From Chiloscyllium plagiosum (taxonomy: Eukaryota): 48,272 bases of DNA. A program made the translations under genes and the position numbers. Each line of letters opens with the position of its first letter. Position 1 is the first letter of the stretch. The stretch is from positions 1,361,403-1,409,674 of the forward strand of contig NC_057720.1 of the NCBI RefSeq assembly GCF_004010195.1, given 5' to 3'. The notes under the pieces are model-generated. The model worked only from the letters and a program-made list of their open reading frames with translations. It had not been told where the DNA came from and did not search any database. Shown here in pieces: positions 12,321-24,342 of the stretch.

Positions 12321-12540
12321 CTGTAAAATTAAACCAAGTGTCAGTCATACCATTTTAATGACAACAGTGTTCAGGTCTGAGCACCACACCTCAGGAAAGA
12401 TATGGAGAAGGTGAAGCACAAGCACATAATTAAAAAGGTTAAATCTATGAGGACAGGTTGTGAAGAAAAGGCATGTATTCCCTTAAGTAACTAAGATGCT
12501 CAAGATGATTAAAAAGATTGGATAATTTCTTTTTATCTAA

Positions 12541-13311
12541 TGTCACAAAGCTGGTCCCTTTATTCTAAAAGCTATTAGAACATAGAACATTACAGCGCAG
12601 TACAGGCCCTTCGGCCCTCGATGTTGCACCGCCCTGTCACACTAATCTGAAGCCCATCCCACCTACACTATTCCATGTAGTCCATTTGCCTGTCCAATGA
12701 CGACTTAAATGCACTTAAACTTAGCGAATCTCCTACCGATGCATGCAAAGCATTCCATACCCTTACTACTCCTTTTCTCAAGGATACTGTGTCCTTGGTT
12801 TTTTCAAAGGGGTCGTAAACAGCTCCCGGTTCTGTTTAGACTGGTTTGGTACAGAGATTAAAGGGCACTGAGAGGCCTTCTTGTTTACATGTAAACAGAT
12901 GAGACTTCAAGCCAAAGTGGTCATGTTTTAGAAGTGACCTGTATAATGAAAGGGGAGTGGTCAGCTCTGGAAGCATAAGTTAAGTTAGGAATTCAACAGT
13001 GAGCTATGTGGAAACAGATTGCTAAACTCTCTTTCCTTCTGCCCTTCCAACTTCAACCTGTAAGCATTCTTTCCCTTTTTACTGTTTTTGTTTTGGGGGG
13101 TTGCTTATTGGGACTGTTGTATATTCAGAACAGCATAATTAAGTCTAGTTTGGATAGACTGAGTTCTGTAGGGGTTCTTTATTCTGTTCTTTGTGTTTCA
13201 TTGCGTGGTTTTGTGAATAAACTTTTGTGTGTTTTAAAACCTGATAGGTAACTTAGCTAACTTACTCCGGGTCATTTTCACTGTATATTTATCAAATCAA
13301 ATTGCAAAGTT
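12541..13311 (+). mobile_element. LTR1 of a Gypsy/Gmr1-type element (3'-truncated, interrupted by a CR1 3' fragment at about 12577-12770)
   Basis: Starts TGTCACAAAGCTGGTCC and is colinear with 18664-19240; lacks the final ~55 bp of the LTR. Confidence 0.92.
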
Positions 13312-16236
13312 TGTTCTTGTGGAAGGTAACTCAACCATTTATCCCAATTTTTGACAACTTACTCATTGTCCAATTTGATTTGAGGAATGTCCAATTCAAA
13401 ATCCTCTGAACCTGGTTCTTCCTTCTGTGCTGTAATCATGAACACCTTCTTCTCTTGCTTTCTTTCCCGATCAAAATACCTTTTGAGCATATTCACATGA
13501 CACAGTCTGTGAGATTTCTTGCTGTCTGGAGTCCTTATCAAGTAGGTCACCTCACTCAGTTTCCTCTCAATTTGATACGATCCACTAAACCTGGCTTTTA
13601 AAGGCTCACCTGTTACTGGAAGTAACACCAATACCTTATCCCCAATTACAAAATTGTGAATTTGTGATTTCTTCTCCACTTCCTGTTTCATTGTATGCTA
13701 TGATCTTTTTAAATGCTGTCTAGCCAACTCTCCAGCTCTATTTAATCGTTCCCTAAAATTTGACAAATAGTACAAATGGGTGGTCTCTGAATTCTGACCT
13801 ATTAATTTCTCCTTAATCAATTTTAATGGTCCTCTTACTTCATGCCCAAAAATTAACTCAAATGGACTGAATTTGGTTGATTCATTCAGTGTATCTTTGA
13901 TCGTAAAAAGTATAAACGGAACTCCCTTATCCTAATCATCTGGATAATCCTGACCATAAACCCTCAACATGGTCTTTAGTGTTTGATGCCACCTCTCGAG
14001 CACTCCCTGCATTCTCGATGGTATGCAGTAGATTTGAATTGCTCTATTTCCAAGTTATCCATAACCTCCTTGAATAGTTTGGATGTGAAGTTTGATCCTT
14101 GATCTGACCAGATCTCTATTGGTAGTCCGTATCTAGTAAAAATAATTTAACTAATTCTTCTACAATTCTTTTAGCTGTGATGTTGCATAATGGGATTGCC
14201 TCAGGAAATCTAGTTGACAACTCCATTATTGTTAATAAATACTTTTACCCTACTTGCATTGGTAGGGGACCTACGCAATCAATCAAGACTCTTATGAAAG
14301 GTTCTTCAAATGCTGTAACAGATATTAAAGGTGCAGGTTTTATTACTGCCTGTGGTGTTCCGATTAGCTGACATACATGATACGTCTGGCAAAATTCAAC
14401 TACATCCTTGTGTAGTCCTGGCCAGTAAAAATGTCTTTATATTTTAGCCTGTGTTTTCCTCATCCCTGAATGACCTCCAAGTAGTAGCTCATGCACCACT
14501 CACAGAACCTCCTTTTTATACCCTAGTGGCAAAACAATTTGATGAATCTCTACCCATTTTTCATCTGCTTGAATGTGTGATGGTCTCCATTTCCTTTCTT
14601 TCTTTGTAAATGCCTTTTGACATAACTGTTTTAACTCCTCATCTTTCTGCTGTAATTCAATCAGCTTAGCAGAGCTAAAGATACTGGCATGTTTACTTAT
14701 TTGCTCCTTCTTGTTCCACTTATCTTATCGAAAAAGATCTCCGATAACACTATGTCAGCTTCCTTATCTGTGCCTTTTGATCCCCCCTGCTTCAGCTTGT
14801 GCCTCTGTGATCTTGTGATCACACAATCAGGGAACATGCCTGGAAAAACATTCTTCATGTCTTCAGTTGCCTGCGTCTCCACTGGCTTTTCAACTCGGAA
14901 AGGCAGCATGCCTACCAGTAAATCAGCTGTATCATTTGCAAGGACAAATTGTATTCCTGGAGCTAAGAGTTTGTCCAGTACTCCTACCACAAATTCTTCA
15001 CTTTCTTCTGGATTCTCTTGCCGCACTTTACATAACTGGGCACTTTTTATCTCACCATGAATTCCTGTTACCAGTACTTTTTCTGGCAAAAGTCCCTCAG
15101 GAGAGTATATCTCCTCATCCTTCAGCATTACAGACTGAGACCTATGTCCCTTAAAATTGTTGCCTTCTTACCTACTCCTCCTTGCCTGTGTGAATAAACT
15201 GTACCCTTGCATGTATATTTTTTAAGCTGTTCTGGCACTTACTTCTTAATCAACCTCTGATCATCTTGTACACTCTGAGGCAGTTGTCTAACTTCCCTTA
15301 TGTTTTTTGTTACTCGTCCAACAAAACTCCCAGACTGGTCTGGTTTTCCTACATCTGACTTTGTCCTAGCCAACCAACACTGTGATTTTGTGTGGCCCAC
15401 TTTATTACTATGAAAACTCCTCGGCCTTTTAACTTCTTTGTCTCCCTCAAGGGTTTCTTTTGTACCATGTGGTAAGTTATCTTTATGATCTTCACTGAGA
15501 TCTACCTTTCCCTTTCCATGTGAGGATTTCTCTTTGCCAAAATTTCTATCCCTCATGGACTGAAATTGATTCTGGAAGCCAAAGCAGGTTTTATGGACTA
15601 GCTCATAATCATCAGCCCCTTCAGTTGCTAGCCTTGCTGTTTTAACTCTCTGCTCTTTCACATGAGTAGGCACTACTTCCTCACTGAGCCTAACCCCAAC
15701 CTTTATCTTCAGCCTTTTAAGCTGACTTTCTTTTTGAAGTGTCAGTTTTTGAAGTTCAAAAGCTCTCTCTTTTTCTTTTCTCTTCTGCTGCTCTCTGTTT
15801 TCTCTCAGTTCTGCTACTCCCTCTTTTTCCCTCTCTTCTGCTTCTAATTGTAACTCTAACTGTTTCATTTCTGCTGCCTTTTCCTTATCTCTCACTTCGA
15901 ACTCAAGCTGCTTCATTTGCAATTGAATTCTTGCCATCTCTATAGATTCTGAGGGCTTCTCCAGCAAATTTAAATGCTGAGCTATTATAATTATCTCTCC
16001 TTCCCTCATAGACGCAGACAGGTCCAATTCCAGCCTCTCTGCTAATTCTTACAACTTGGTCTTATTGACCTTTTGCAAAACTTCCAAAGTCACCGCATCC
16101 ACATCCAGAAAACTCCTGGCCACTCAAAGAGCCATTACTATCCCAAGCTTTGTCCACCTAACCCCAGACCAACACCTGAAATAAAGACACGAGCACCTAC
16201 CATTCATGTTTAAAATCCCACAAAGAGACCGCAATC
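13312..16236 (-). pseudogene. Gmr1-type LTR retrotransposon internal region: PBS, gag (partly deleted), protease, integrase
   Basis: Degenerate tRNA-Pro-like PBS next to LTR2; coiled-coil gag with decayed zinc knuckle (FHSNKVGHTKSQC); ILRD-like protease motif; integrase HFYWPGLHKDV, LIDCVGPLP, SDQGSNFTS and C-terminal GDKVLVLLP..HVNMLKRY. Confidence 0.9.
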
Positions 16237-17210
16237 TGTTATGGACGAGGCCAGACCACTCAAAACATTCTTAAGCAGGCAATTCAGACCATAACTTTGC
16301 AATTTGTTCGGTAAGTGGACAGTGAAAATTACCCGGATTAACTTAGCAAGGTTGATGACTAGATTTTAAAACAGACAAAAATGTATTCACAAAATTACAC
16401 AATGAAACACAAAGAACTGAATAAAGAACCCTACAGAACGCACTCTATCCAACTAGACTTAATTATGCTGTTCCAAATATACACAACAGTCCAATAAGCA
16501 AACCCCCTTTAAAACCAGTATAAATGGAATATATGCTTACAGGTTGAAGTTGAAGGGCAGAAAAGAGAGAGAGAGTTTCCACACTGCTCACTGTTGGACT
16601 CCTCACCAGGTTAGACTGAACGATAAACTGCTCAGCTCAGCTAGCTAGAGAGCTGACCACTCCCTTTCCTTTATATAGGTTACTTCTAAAACATGACCAC
16701 TTTGGCTTGAAGTCTCATCTGATTACATATAAACAAAAAGCCTCTCAAAGCCTTGTGGGCGGCACGGTGGCACAGTGGTTAGCACTGTTGCCTCACAGCG
16801 CCAGAGACCCGGGTTCAATTCCCGACTCAGGCGACTGACTGTGTGGAGTTTGCACATTCTCCCCGTGTCTGCGTGGGTTTCCTCCGGGTGCTCCGGTTTC
16901 CTCCCACTGTCCAAAGATGTGCAGGGTCAGGTGAATTGGCCATGCTAAATTGCCCGTAGTGTTAGGTAAGGGGTAAATGTAGGGGTATGGGTGGGTTGCG
17001 CTTCGGCGGGTCGGTGTGGACTTGTTGGGCCGAAGGGCCTGTTTCCACATTGTAATGTAATGTAATCTAATCTAATCTTTTTCATTTCTGTACCAAACCA
17101 GACTGATTGGAGCCCAACTCAGTTTATTACCTCTCTGAAAAAAATCCAAGGACAGAGTCTCCTTGAGCCACGGAACAGCTTTCAGAAATAAAGGGACTAG
17201 CTTTGTGACA
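16237..17210 (-). mobile_element. LTR2 (complete, inverted orientation, divergent subfamily)
   Basis: Minus strand TGTCACAAAGCTAGTCCC...CTCGTCCATAACA; interrupted by a V-SINE. Confidence 0.92.
16755..17077 (+). mobile_element. Full-length young V-SINE (HE1-like)
   Basis: tRNA head with A and B boxes (TGGCACAGTGG, GGTTCAATTCC), V-domain and (TAATG/TAATC)n tail. Confidence 0.95.
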
Positions 17211-18663
17211 AGTTACAGTGACTGGAGCTCACCCATAGTCATGGTGCCAAAGCCAGATAGTTGCCAAGGTTATGTGTGGAATATCGGAGTCAACACCGTT
17301 ACAAAGAATGATGCATATCTAATTCCACAGTTGGAGGACTGTGTCAAAAAAGTGGGACAAGCAACTTACATTTCTAAGTTGGACTTGCTCAGAGGCTACT
17401 GGCAAGGACCTCTGTCAGAGAGCAAAGGAAATTTCAGCTTTCGTAATGCCAAATGGAATATATCAGTTCAAAGACATGCCAATTGATATGAAAAACACTC
17501 CAGCCACATTTCGGAGACTGACTAAGACAGTCATTGCCGAGTTACCTAATTGTGTTGTTGACATTGATGACCTGGTGATTTTTAGTCACTCATGGACGGA
17601 ACATTTACAGCATTTATCGGACTTGTTTGATCGACTTTGGAAGGCGAGCTTGGTGAATTTGCCAAAGCCCAAGTCACCTTCCTGAGCTATGTTTTTGGAC
17701 ATGGATAAATGGCCCCAAAGGATGCAAAAACAAAAGTAATTGGGGAATTTTCCACACTGTCAACAAAAAAAACAGTACTACCATTCCTGGGATCGAGTGG
17801 ATTTTACCGAAAGTTTGTGCTGAACTTTAGCAGTTTGGCTGCTCCACTCACTGAATTGTTGAAAAAGGGCAAGAAGTGGGCGGCACGGTGGCACAGGTGG
17901 GCGGCACGGTGGCACAGTGGGCGGCACGGTGGCACTGGTGGGCGGCATGGTGGCACAGTGGTTAGCACTGCTGCCTCGCAGCGCCAGAGACCCGGGTTCA
18001 AATCTAATCTAATGTAATCTAATCTAAAGTTTCAGTGGACAGCAGACTGTCAAAAGGCATTTGACAGCCTAAAAAGTGTGTTAACCACTGCCCCAGTATT
18101 AGCCACGCTGGATTACATGAAGCCTTTCAAAGTGGCTATCGATGCCAGTGATGTAGGTGTCAGTGCGGTGCTCCTGCAGGAAGAGGACAACGGAATAGAA
18201 AGACCCATTGGGTATTTTTCTAGGAAGTTGAATATTCATCAGCAGAAATATTCAACGGTGGAGAAAGAGACTTTGAGCTTGGTGCTAGCATTACAACATT
18301 TCAGTGTTTATATTACCAGCAATGCATCTGAGACAATGGTATACACTGATTGTAACCCATTGACATTGGTGGAAAACTTTAAGGACAAAAATGCCAGTCT
18401 GTTTAGATGGAGTTTGTTGTTGCAGCCATTCCATTTGACAAATGTGCAGGTGGCAGGTCATGAAAATGTGAAACGAGACTTGAATGAGATACTGTGGCGG
18501 GTGAGCCATAACCTGAATTTGCATGTGGTTGTGCGTGTTTGTGTGTTTACAGTTAGTACAGTGTTTCTTTGTGTTTTAGACTACTAACCAGTTTGTTTTT
18601 GAAGGGTTTTAAAAATGAAGCCATCTTTTGATATTGATGGTTCATTTTTTTAAAGGGGGGAGG
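17211..18663 (+). pseudogene. Gypsy/Gmr1 RT-RNase H remnant followed by a polypurine tract
   Basis: SDWSSPIVMVPKPD, KLDLLRGYWQ, DIDDLVIFS, FKVAIDASDVG, YSTVEKETLSLV; PPT AAAGGGGGGAGG at 18652-18663; no integrase between RNase H and LTR. Confidence 0.92.
17876..18026 (+). mobile_element. Aberrant V-SINE: four copies of the head repeat, no V-domain, (AATCT)n tail
   Basis: Four GTGGGCGGCA(C/T)GGTGGCAC units; interrupts the reading KGKK|FQWT with an AAGT duplication. Confidence 0.85.
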
Positions 18664-19295
18664 TGTCACAAAGCTGGTCCTTTTTTTCTAAAAGCTGTTC
18701 CTTTTCTCAAGGATACTGTGTCCTTAGTTTTTCTCAGAGGAGTCATAAACAGCTCCTGGTTCTGATTAGACTGGTTTAGTACAGAGATTAAAATGTATTG
18801 AGAGGCCTTTTTGTTTACATGTAAACAGATGAGACTTCAAGCCAAAGTGGTCATGTTTTAGAAGTGACCTGTATAATGAAAGGGGAGTGGTCAGCTCTGG
18901 AAGTAAAAATTAAGTTAGGAATTCAACAGTGAGCTATGTGGAAACAGACTTTTGCCTTCTGCCCTTCTAACTTCAACCTGTAAGCATTTGTTCCATTTTT
19001 ACTGTATTTTTAAGGGGGTTTGTTTATTGGGACTGTTGTGTGTGTGTGTGTTCAGAACAGCATAATTAAGTGTAGTTTGGATAGACTGAGTTCTATAGGT
19101 GTTTCTTTATTCTGTTCTTTGTGTTTCATTATGTGGTTTTGTGAATAAACTTTTGTCTGTTTTAAAACCTGATAGGTAACTTAGCTAACTTACTCCGGGT
19201 CATTTTCACTATACATTTACCAAAACAAATTACAAAGTTATTGTCTGGGCTGCCTGCTTAAGAATGTTTTGAGTGGTCTGGCCTCGTCCATAACA
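18664..19295 (+). mobile_element. LTR3 (complete 3' LTR)
   Basis: TG...CA termini (TGTCACA...ATAACA), preceded by the PPT; AATAAA at 19144-19149. Confidence 0.95.
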
Positions 19296-19300
19296 CTGGT

Positions 19301-19505
19301 AGAAAGTGAGGACTGCAGATGCTGGAAATCAGAGTTGAGAGCATGGTGCTGGAAAAGCACAGGTCAGGCAGCATCAGAGGAGCAAGAGAATCAGTGTTTC
19401 GGGCATAAGCCCTTCCTGATGAAGGGCTTATGCCTGAAATGTCCATTTTTCTGCTCCTCAATGCTGCCTGACCTACTGTGCTTTTTCAGCATCTCATTCT
19501 CGACT
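19301..19505. mobile_element. Palindromic Penelope-derived terminal-repeat pair with hammerhead-like core
   Basis: Inverted arms centred at about 19413; CTGATGAAGGGCTTATGCCTGAAATGTC at 19416. Confidence 0.8.
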
Positions 19506-19529
19506 AGTGCAGAACACTACCCTATTTCA

Positions 19530-19800
19530 AAAACAAAATACCTTGTATGCTACAAGTCTGAAATGAAAGCAGAAAGTGATGGAAATACTCAGAAGAACAG
19601 GCAGCATCTATGGAAAGAAAGACAGAAGGTTAACAAACTTCCAGTTGCTTGTCATTTCAGTTCTTTGCTCCATTTCTGCTCCTACCTATCTGTCCTTGGC
19701 CTCCTGCAGGATCAACAAAGCTCAATCTATACTTGAGGAACAGCATCGCACCTTTCAGCAAAGAATTTTATAACATTACAGGCTTAACACTACAAGACAG
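19530..19800. mobile_element. Old Penelope-like remnant (terminal repeat on -, GIY-YIG C-terminus on +)
   Basis: LPVACHFSS..SYLSVLGLLQ..LEEQH resembles the C-terminus of vertebrate Penelope-like ORFs. Confidence 0.6.
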
Positions 19801-20317
19801 GTTCAATTCAAGAGGGCATTGGACAATTATTGTAAAAAAAGTGTGACATGCTATGGGAAAAATGCAGGAAGTTGGCATGAGATAATAATTTGCATTTGAA
19901 GAGCTGCTGCAGCATGATGGGCTGAATGAACTCTAAAACTTCTGTGATTCTGTGACGATGTTTATTACAGTTCACAATATTTACAAGTTTTGCATCAACT
20001 ACAAATTTTAAAATTCCACCTTGGACACCCAATTGTGGATTGTTTAACATCGATCAAGAAAAGCAGTAGCTCCAGTACTGTTCCCTACAGAACTGTATTG
20101 TAGATATTTCTAATCATTTTCTCAGACAAGTTATGCCAGATCCCTCTGAAGCAGGTGGGACTTGAACATCGAGCTTCTGACCCAGAGGTAGGAACACTAC
20201 CACTGTGCCACAATAGCTCCTTGCAACATGGAGCTAGATGCACAACCATTGCTGTACAAGCCCAATCAGAGCAAGAAACATAATGTACACTTTCCTCCAG
20301 TCTGAAAAACAACCAAA

Positions 20318-20646
20318 GGCAGCACAATGGCTCGGTGCTTAGCACTCTTACCTCACAACATCAGGGACCTGGGTTCAATTCCCACCTCAGGTGACTGTGT
20401 GGAGTTTCCGCATTCTTCCCATCTCTGTGTAGGTTTCCTCTGGGTGCTCCAGTTTCCTCCCACAGTTCAAAGATGTGCAGGTTAGGTGGATTGGCCATGC
20501 TAAATTGCCCATAGTGTCAGGGATGTTCAGGCTGGGTGGATTACTTATAAAGTAGGGGTTGATCTGGTGGGCTGATATTCAGAGGGTCAGTGTGGACTTG
20601 ATAGGCCAAATGACCTGCTTCCACACTGTAGGGATTCTATGTTTTC
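20318..20646 (+). mobile_element. V-SINE
   Basis: tRNA head, V-domain, GGGATTCTATG tail. Confidence 0.9.
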
Positions 20647-21339
20647 TGTCATTCAAGCTAACTTCATATCTGGGCTGCCCCTGTCTGTTTGTTCCATGGC
20701 CTTCGGCATTACTGACAAGGCTGTTATGGTCCACTTTATCAAATGCTTTTTGAAAATCCATACAGACCACATTATCGTCATCAACCCTCTTTGTTATTTC
20801 ATCACAAACAGAAATTAAGTTAGTTAATCACATTTTGTCTTGTTCCTTACTTTCTCTCCTGTTCCCATATCTGCACTTGCTTTGAACTTACTATATTTCT
20901 TATCTTTACTGGTTTTGATGATCTGAAATATCAATTGCATTTCTCTCTCCACAAATACTGTTAACTTTTTGAATGTTTTCAGTATTTTTTGAAAGGAGCC
21001 TGGTGAAAGGAATGTACAACAAGGAGATGTGACATTAAAATCAGACCTAGGCAGTTGAGAGATACTGTCAGGAAGCATTTTACAGACAAAGGTTTATTGG
21101 AAATCTGGAACACTCCCTCAAAAACTTGTTGAAATTGGATATCAATAGAGATTTTAAAATGGAGATCGGCAGATTTTTGTTGTGTAATGTTATAGAGGGT
21201 TACAAACCAAAACTGGGTAAGGCAGCTGAGATCAGCTATGATCTAACCAACCAGCACATTAGATGAAGACAGGTGGATATTTGTAGCAGTCTCATTGCAA
21301 TGTTTAATAAAAATGAACACCAACTGCAGCAAAAATATA

Positions 21340-21530
21340 CAAAAACAGAAATTGCTGGAAAAACTCAGCAGGTCTGGCAGCATCTATAGACAGAAATCAG
21401 AGTTAGCATTTTGGGTTCTGAGGAAGAGTCATTCAACCCAAAATGTTAACTCTGATTTCTCTACAAGGATGCTGCCAGATCCACTGAGTTTTTTCAGCAA
21501 TTTCTGTTTTTGTTTCTGATTTACAGCATA
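21340..21530. mobile_element. Palindromic Penelope-derived repeat (older family)
   Basis: AAAAACAGAAATTGCTGGAAAAACTCAG ... CTGAGTTTTTTCAGCAATTTCTGTTTTT inverted arms, with decayed CTGAGGAAG..CAAAATGTT core. Confidence 0.7.
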
Positions 21531-21601
21531 TTTCGGTTTTTATACATAAAAAATGTAATTATCTCCTGAACAATTACATTGTTGGAGGATGTTGTACTTA
21601 C

Positions 21602-21703
21602 AGTCACTCGCCCACCAGCTGCAAGCAGTTGAAGATCATTGCTCAGATTCACATTGGACAACATTTCAATGATCACATCTACTCCTTGACCATCAGTATA
21701 ATC
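21602..21703 (-). CDS. CRYZ: CRYZ coding exon (equivalent to exon 7)
   Basis: ctgtgaag|DYTDGQGVDVIIEMLSNVNLSNDLQLLAAGGRVT|gtaagt; 102 nt. Confidence 0.97.
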
Positions 21704-21899
21704 CTTCACAGAGAAAGTGAGGTTAAGAATTAGATGCATAAAAGCCAAATGCAATGAACTAACCAATTGATGTAAACAATGTGCTCATTTATGTTTAGTG
21801 TGACTCTCCTTTTTTCTATTCTTATATAGAATTCAATCACTTCCTGGTCAAATTTAGTAGAATAAAAATTACAACTGAATAAATAGGTGATAAGAGAAA

Positions 21900-22370
21900 A
21901 CAAATTTGGAAATCTACAGTGCCTTTCACAACCAAACTGAGTCCCAAAACACTTTTCTTTCTGAAGTGCAATGACTGTTTTAATGTAGGAAACATAGTAA
22001 TCAATGGGTGCACAGAAAGACCTAACAACAAAACTGTTTTAGTGATGCTGGCTGCTGGATAAATACTGGTGAGAGCTCCCCTATTCTTCTTCAAAATAGT
22101 GCCATAGGATATTTTATAACTACATAGTCAGAAGTCACATGACACCAGGTGCAAGTCCAGCAGGTTTATTTGAAATCACAAGCTTTTGGAGCTTTCAGTC
22201 CAACACTGGCACCTCCACATTATAACTACATGAGAGAGATGACAGAACCCAGGTTCAACATCTCATGCAAAAGACAGCATATCTTAGATGCAGCATTGCC
22301 ACAATATTGTACTAGAACATCAATCTAAATTTTACACTCAAGTCTGTGGAGTGGAACTTTAATCCACAAA
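21900..22370 (-). mobile_element. Degraded DeuSINE, interrupted at about 22128-22220 by a Penelope-type end fragment
   Basis: Minus strand ATCCTATGGCACTATTTTGAAGAAGAATAGGGGAG (Deu-domain-like). Confidence 0.7.
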
Positions 22371-22371
22371 T

Positions 22372-22718
22372 TCATAGAATAGAATCATAGATTCCCTACC
22401 GTGTGGATACAGGCCTTTTGACCCCACATGTCCACACCAACCCTCCGAAGAGTAACCCTCCCATACCCATCCCCCTACCCTATTACTCTACATTAACCCC
22501 TACACATCCCTAAACACTATGGGTAATTTATTATGGTCAATTCAGCTCACCTGCACATCTTTGGACTGTGGGAGGAAACTGGAGCACCCGGAGAAAACCC
22601 ACGCAGACATGGGGAGAATTTGCAAACTCCACACTGACAGTTGCCCGAGGCTGGAATCGTACCCGGGTCCCTGACGCTGTGAGGCTGCAGTGCTAACCAC
22701 TGAGCCACTGTGCTGCCC
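22372..22718 (-). mobile_element. V-SINE
   Basis: Minus-strand head GGGCAGCACAGTGGCTCAGTGGTTAGCAC, V-domain and (ATTCT)n tail. Confidence 0.92.
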
Positions 22719-23414
22719 TGAATATTATGACTTGGCTTAATAGTGAACTTAACTGATTTGAAACAGCAACAAATATTTGAATAGAAAGGGTAAACAAAAC
22801 AACAAAGAAGGTCAGCCTGTTTGACCTAAACCTTATATGGAAGATCATTCACAGTGACTAGCTCTATGGTCATAGTCCATCTTTTCAGTCACTCGTGTCT
22901 GTGCTGCACAAACATAGTCCACCGCTGCTGCTGAGTTGGTCACAGTGCCTTGCTCAGTATGCGAGGAGAGGAAAGGGAGTTAGGATCCTAAGAGATAGTT
23001 TTAAAGAGGATGGAGTTTGTTTTTTGGTGAGATGGGATTGTGACAGTAGTGACGAGCTCAAGAGACAGATACGATAGGGAAAAGACAGAGACAAAATTAA
23101 CAAGCATTAGAAATTCAAGAGCAATAAAGGTCTTTAACCCATCATTGCTCCAACTGAAACTATTATTCTGTCACAACTTTTTTTCTTCTAATACTATTGA
23201 CTTCTAGTTCCTCCCAAACTTATCTGGAGAAAACTCCAAACGATTGAACTATTTTTAAAATTTATGCGTAGGCCTAAGTGTTGCTGGCTGGGCCAGCATT
23301 TATTGTTCTTCCCTAGTTTGCCCTTGAAAAGGCAATAGTGAGCTGCCTTCTTGGACGACAGAAGTCTATGTTTTCTAGGTTGATCCACAATGTCCTTAGG
23401 GAGGGAATTCCAGC

Positions 23415-24342
23415 TGTTGTGGTTCTGTTCGCCGAGCTGGGAATTTGTGTTGCAGACGTTTCGTCCCCTGTCTAGGTGACATCCTCAGGGCTTGGGAGCC
23501 TCCTGTGAAGCGCTTCTGTGATGTTTCCTCCGGCATTTATAGTGGTTTGTATCTGCCGCTTCCGGTTGTCAGTTCCAGCTGTCCATTGCAGTGGTCGGTA
23601 TATTAGGTCCAGGTCGATGTGTTTATGATCGAATCTGTGGATGAGTGCCATGCCTCGAGGAATTCCCTGGCTGTTCTCTGTTTGGCTTGTTCTATAATAG
23701 TAGGGTTGTCCCAGTCGAATTGCTTGTCATGTGCGTGTGTGGCTACTAAGGATAGCTGGTCGTGTCGTTTCGTGGCTAGTTGGTTTTCATGGATGCAGAT
23801 CGTTAGCTGTCTTCCTGTTTGTCCTGTGTAGTGTTTTGATCCGTTTCATCAACAGATGCCTAAGGGAAAGACAACAGAACGAGGACATGCCACAACCCAA
23901 AGGACTAGCCACACTACCATACATCAAGAGCAATTCCAAACTGACAGCCAGACTACTGTGACCACTAGGACTCATAACAGCACACAAACCAACAGCCACT
24001 CTCAGACAACAACTCACCAGAACGAAGGACCCGATACCCAGCATGAGCAAAACTAATGTAGTGTACAAAATCCCATGCAAGGACTGCACAAAACACTACA
24101 TAGGACAAACAGAAAGACAGCTAACAATCCGCATCCANNNNNNNNNNNNNNNNNNNNNNNNNNNNNNNNNNNNNNNNNNNNNNNNNNNNNNNNNNNNNNN
24201 NNNNNNNGCTTCACAGGAGGCTCCCAAGCACTGAGGATGTCACCAAGACAGGGGACGAAACGCCTGCAACACAAATTCCCAGCTCGGAGAACAGAACCAC
24301 AACAACGAGCACCCGAGCTACAAATCTTCGCACAAACTTTGA
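23415..24342. mobile_element. Penelope-like element with inverted arms, GIY-YIG remnant and 13-bp TSD
   Basis: VVYKIPCKDCTKHYIGQT on +; mirror-image 3' end on - (23415-23838); AGGGAATTCCAGC at 23402-23414 and 24343-24355. Confidence 0.92.

Noticed and set aside
15239..16027. 262-aa ORF as a domesticated gag/SCAN gene
   Set aside because: The capsid region appears deleted, the zinc knuckle is decayed, and it sits within a disabled element.
16755..16830. tRNA gene
   Set aside because: The tRNA-like head continues into a V-domain and tail, so it is a SINE. The same applies to the other copies.
17876..17960. CRISPR-like short direct repeats
   Set aside because: There are no spacers, the units are V-SINE 5' ends, and the context is eukaryotic.
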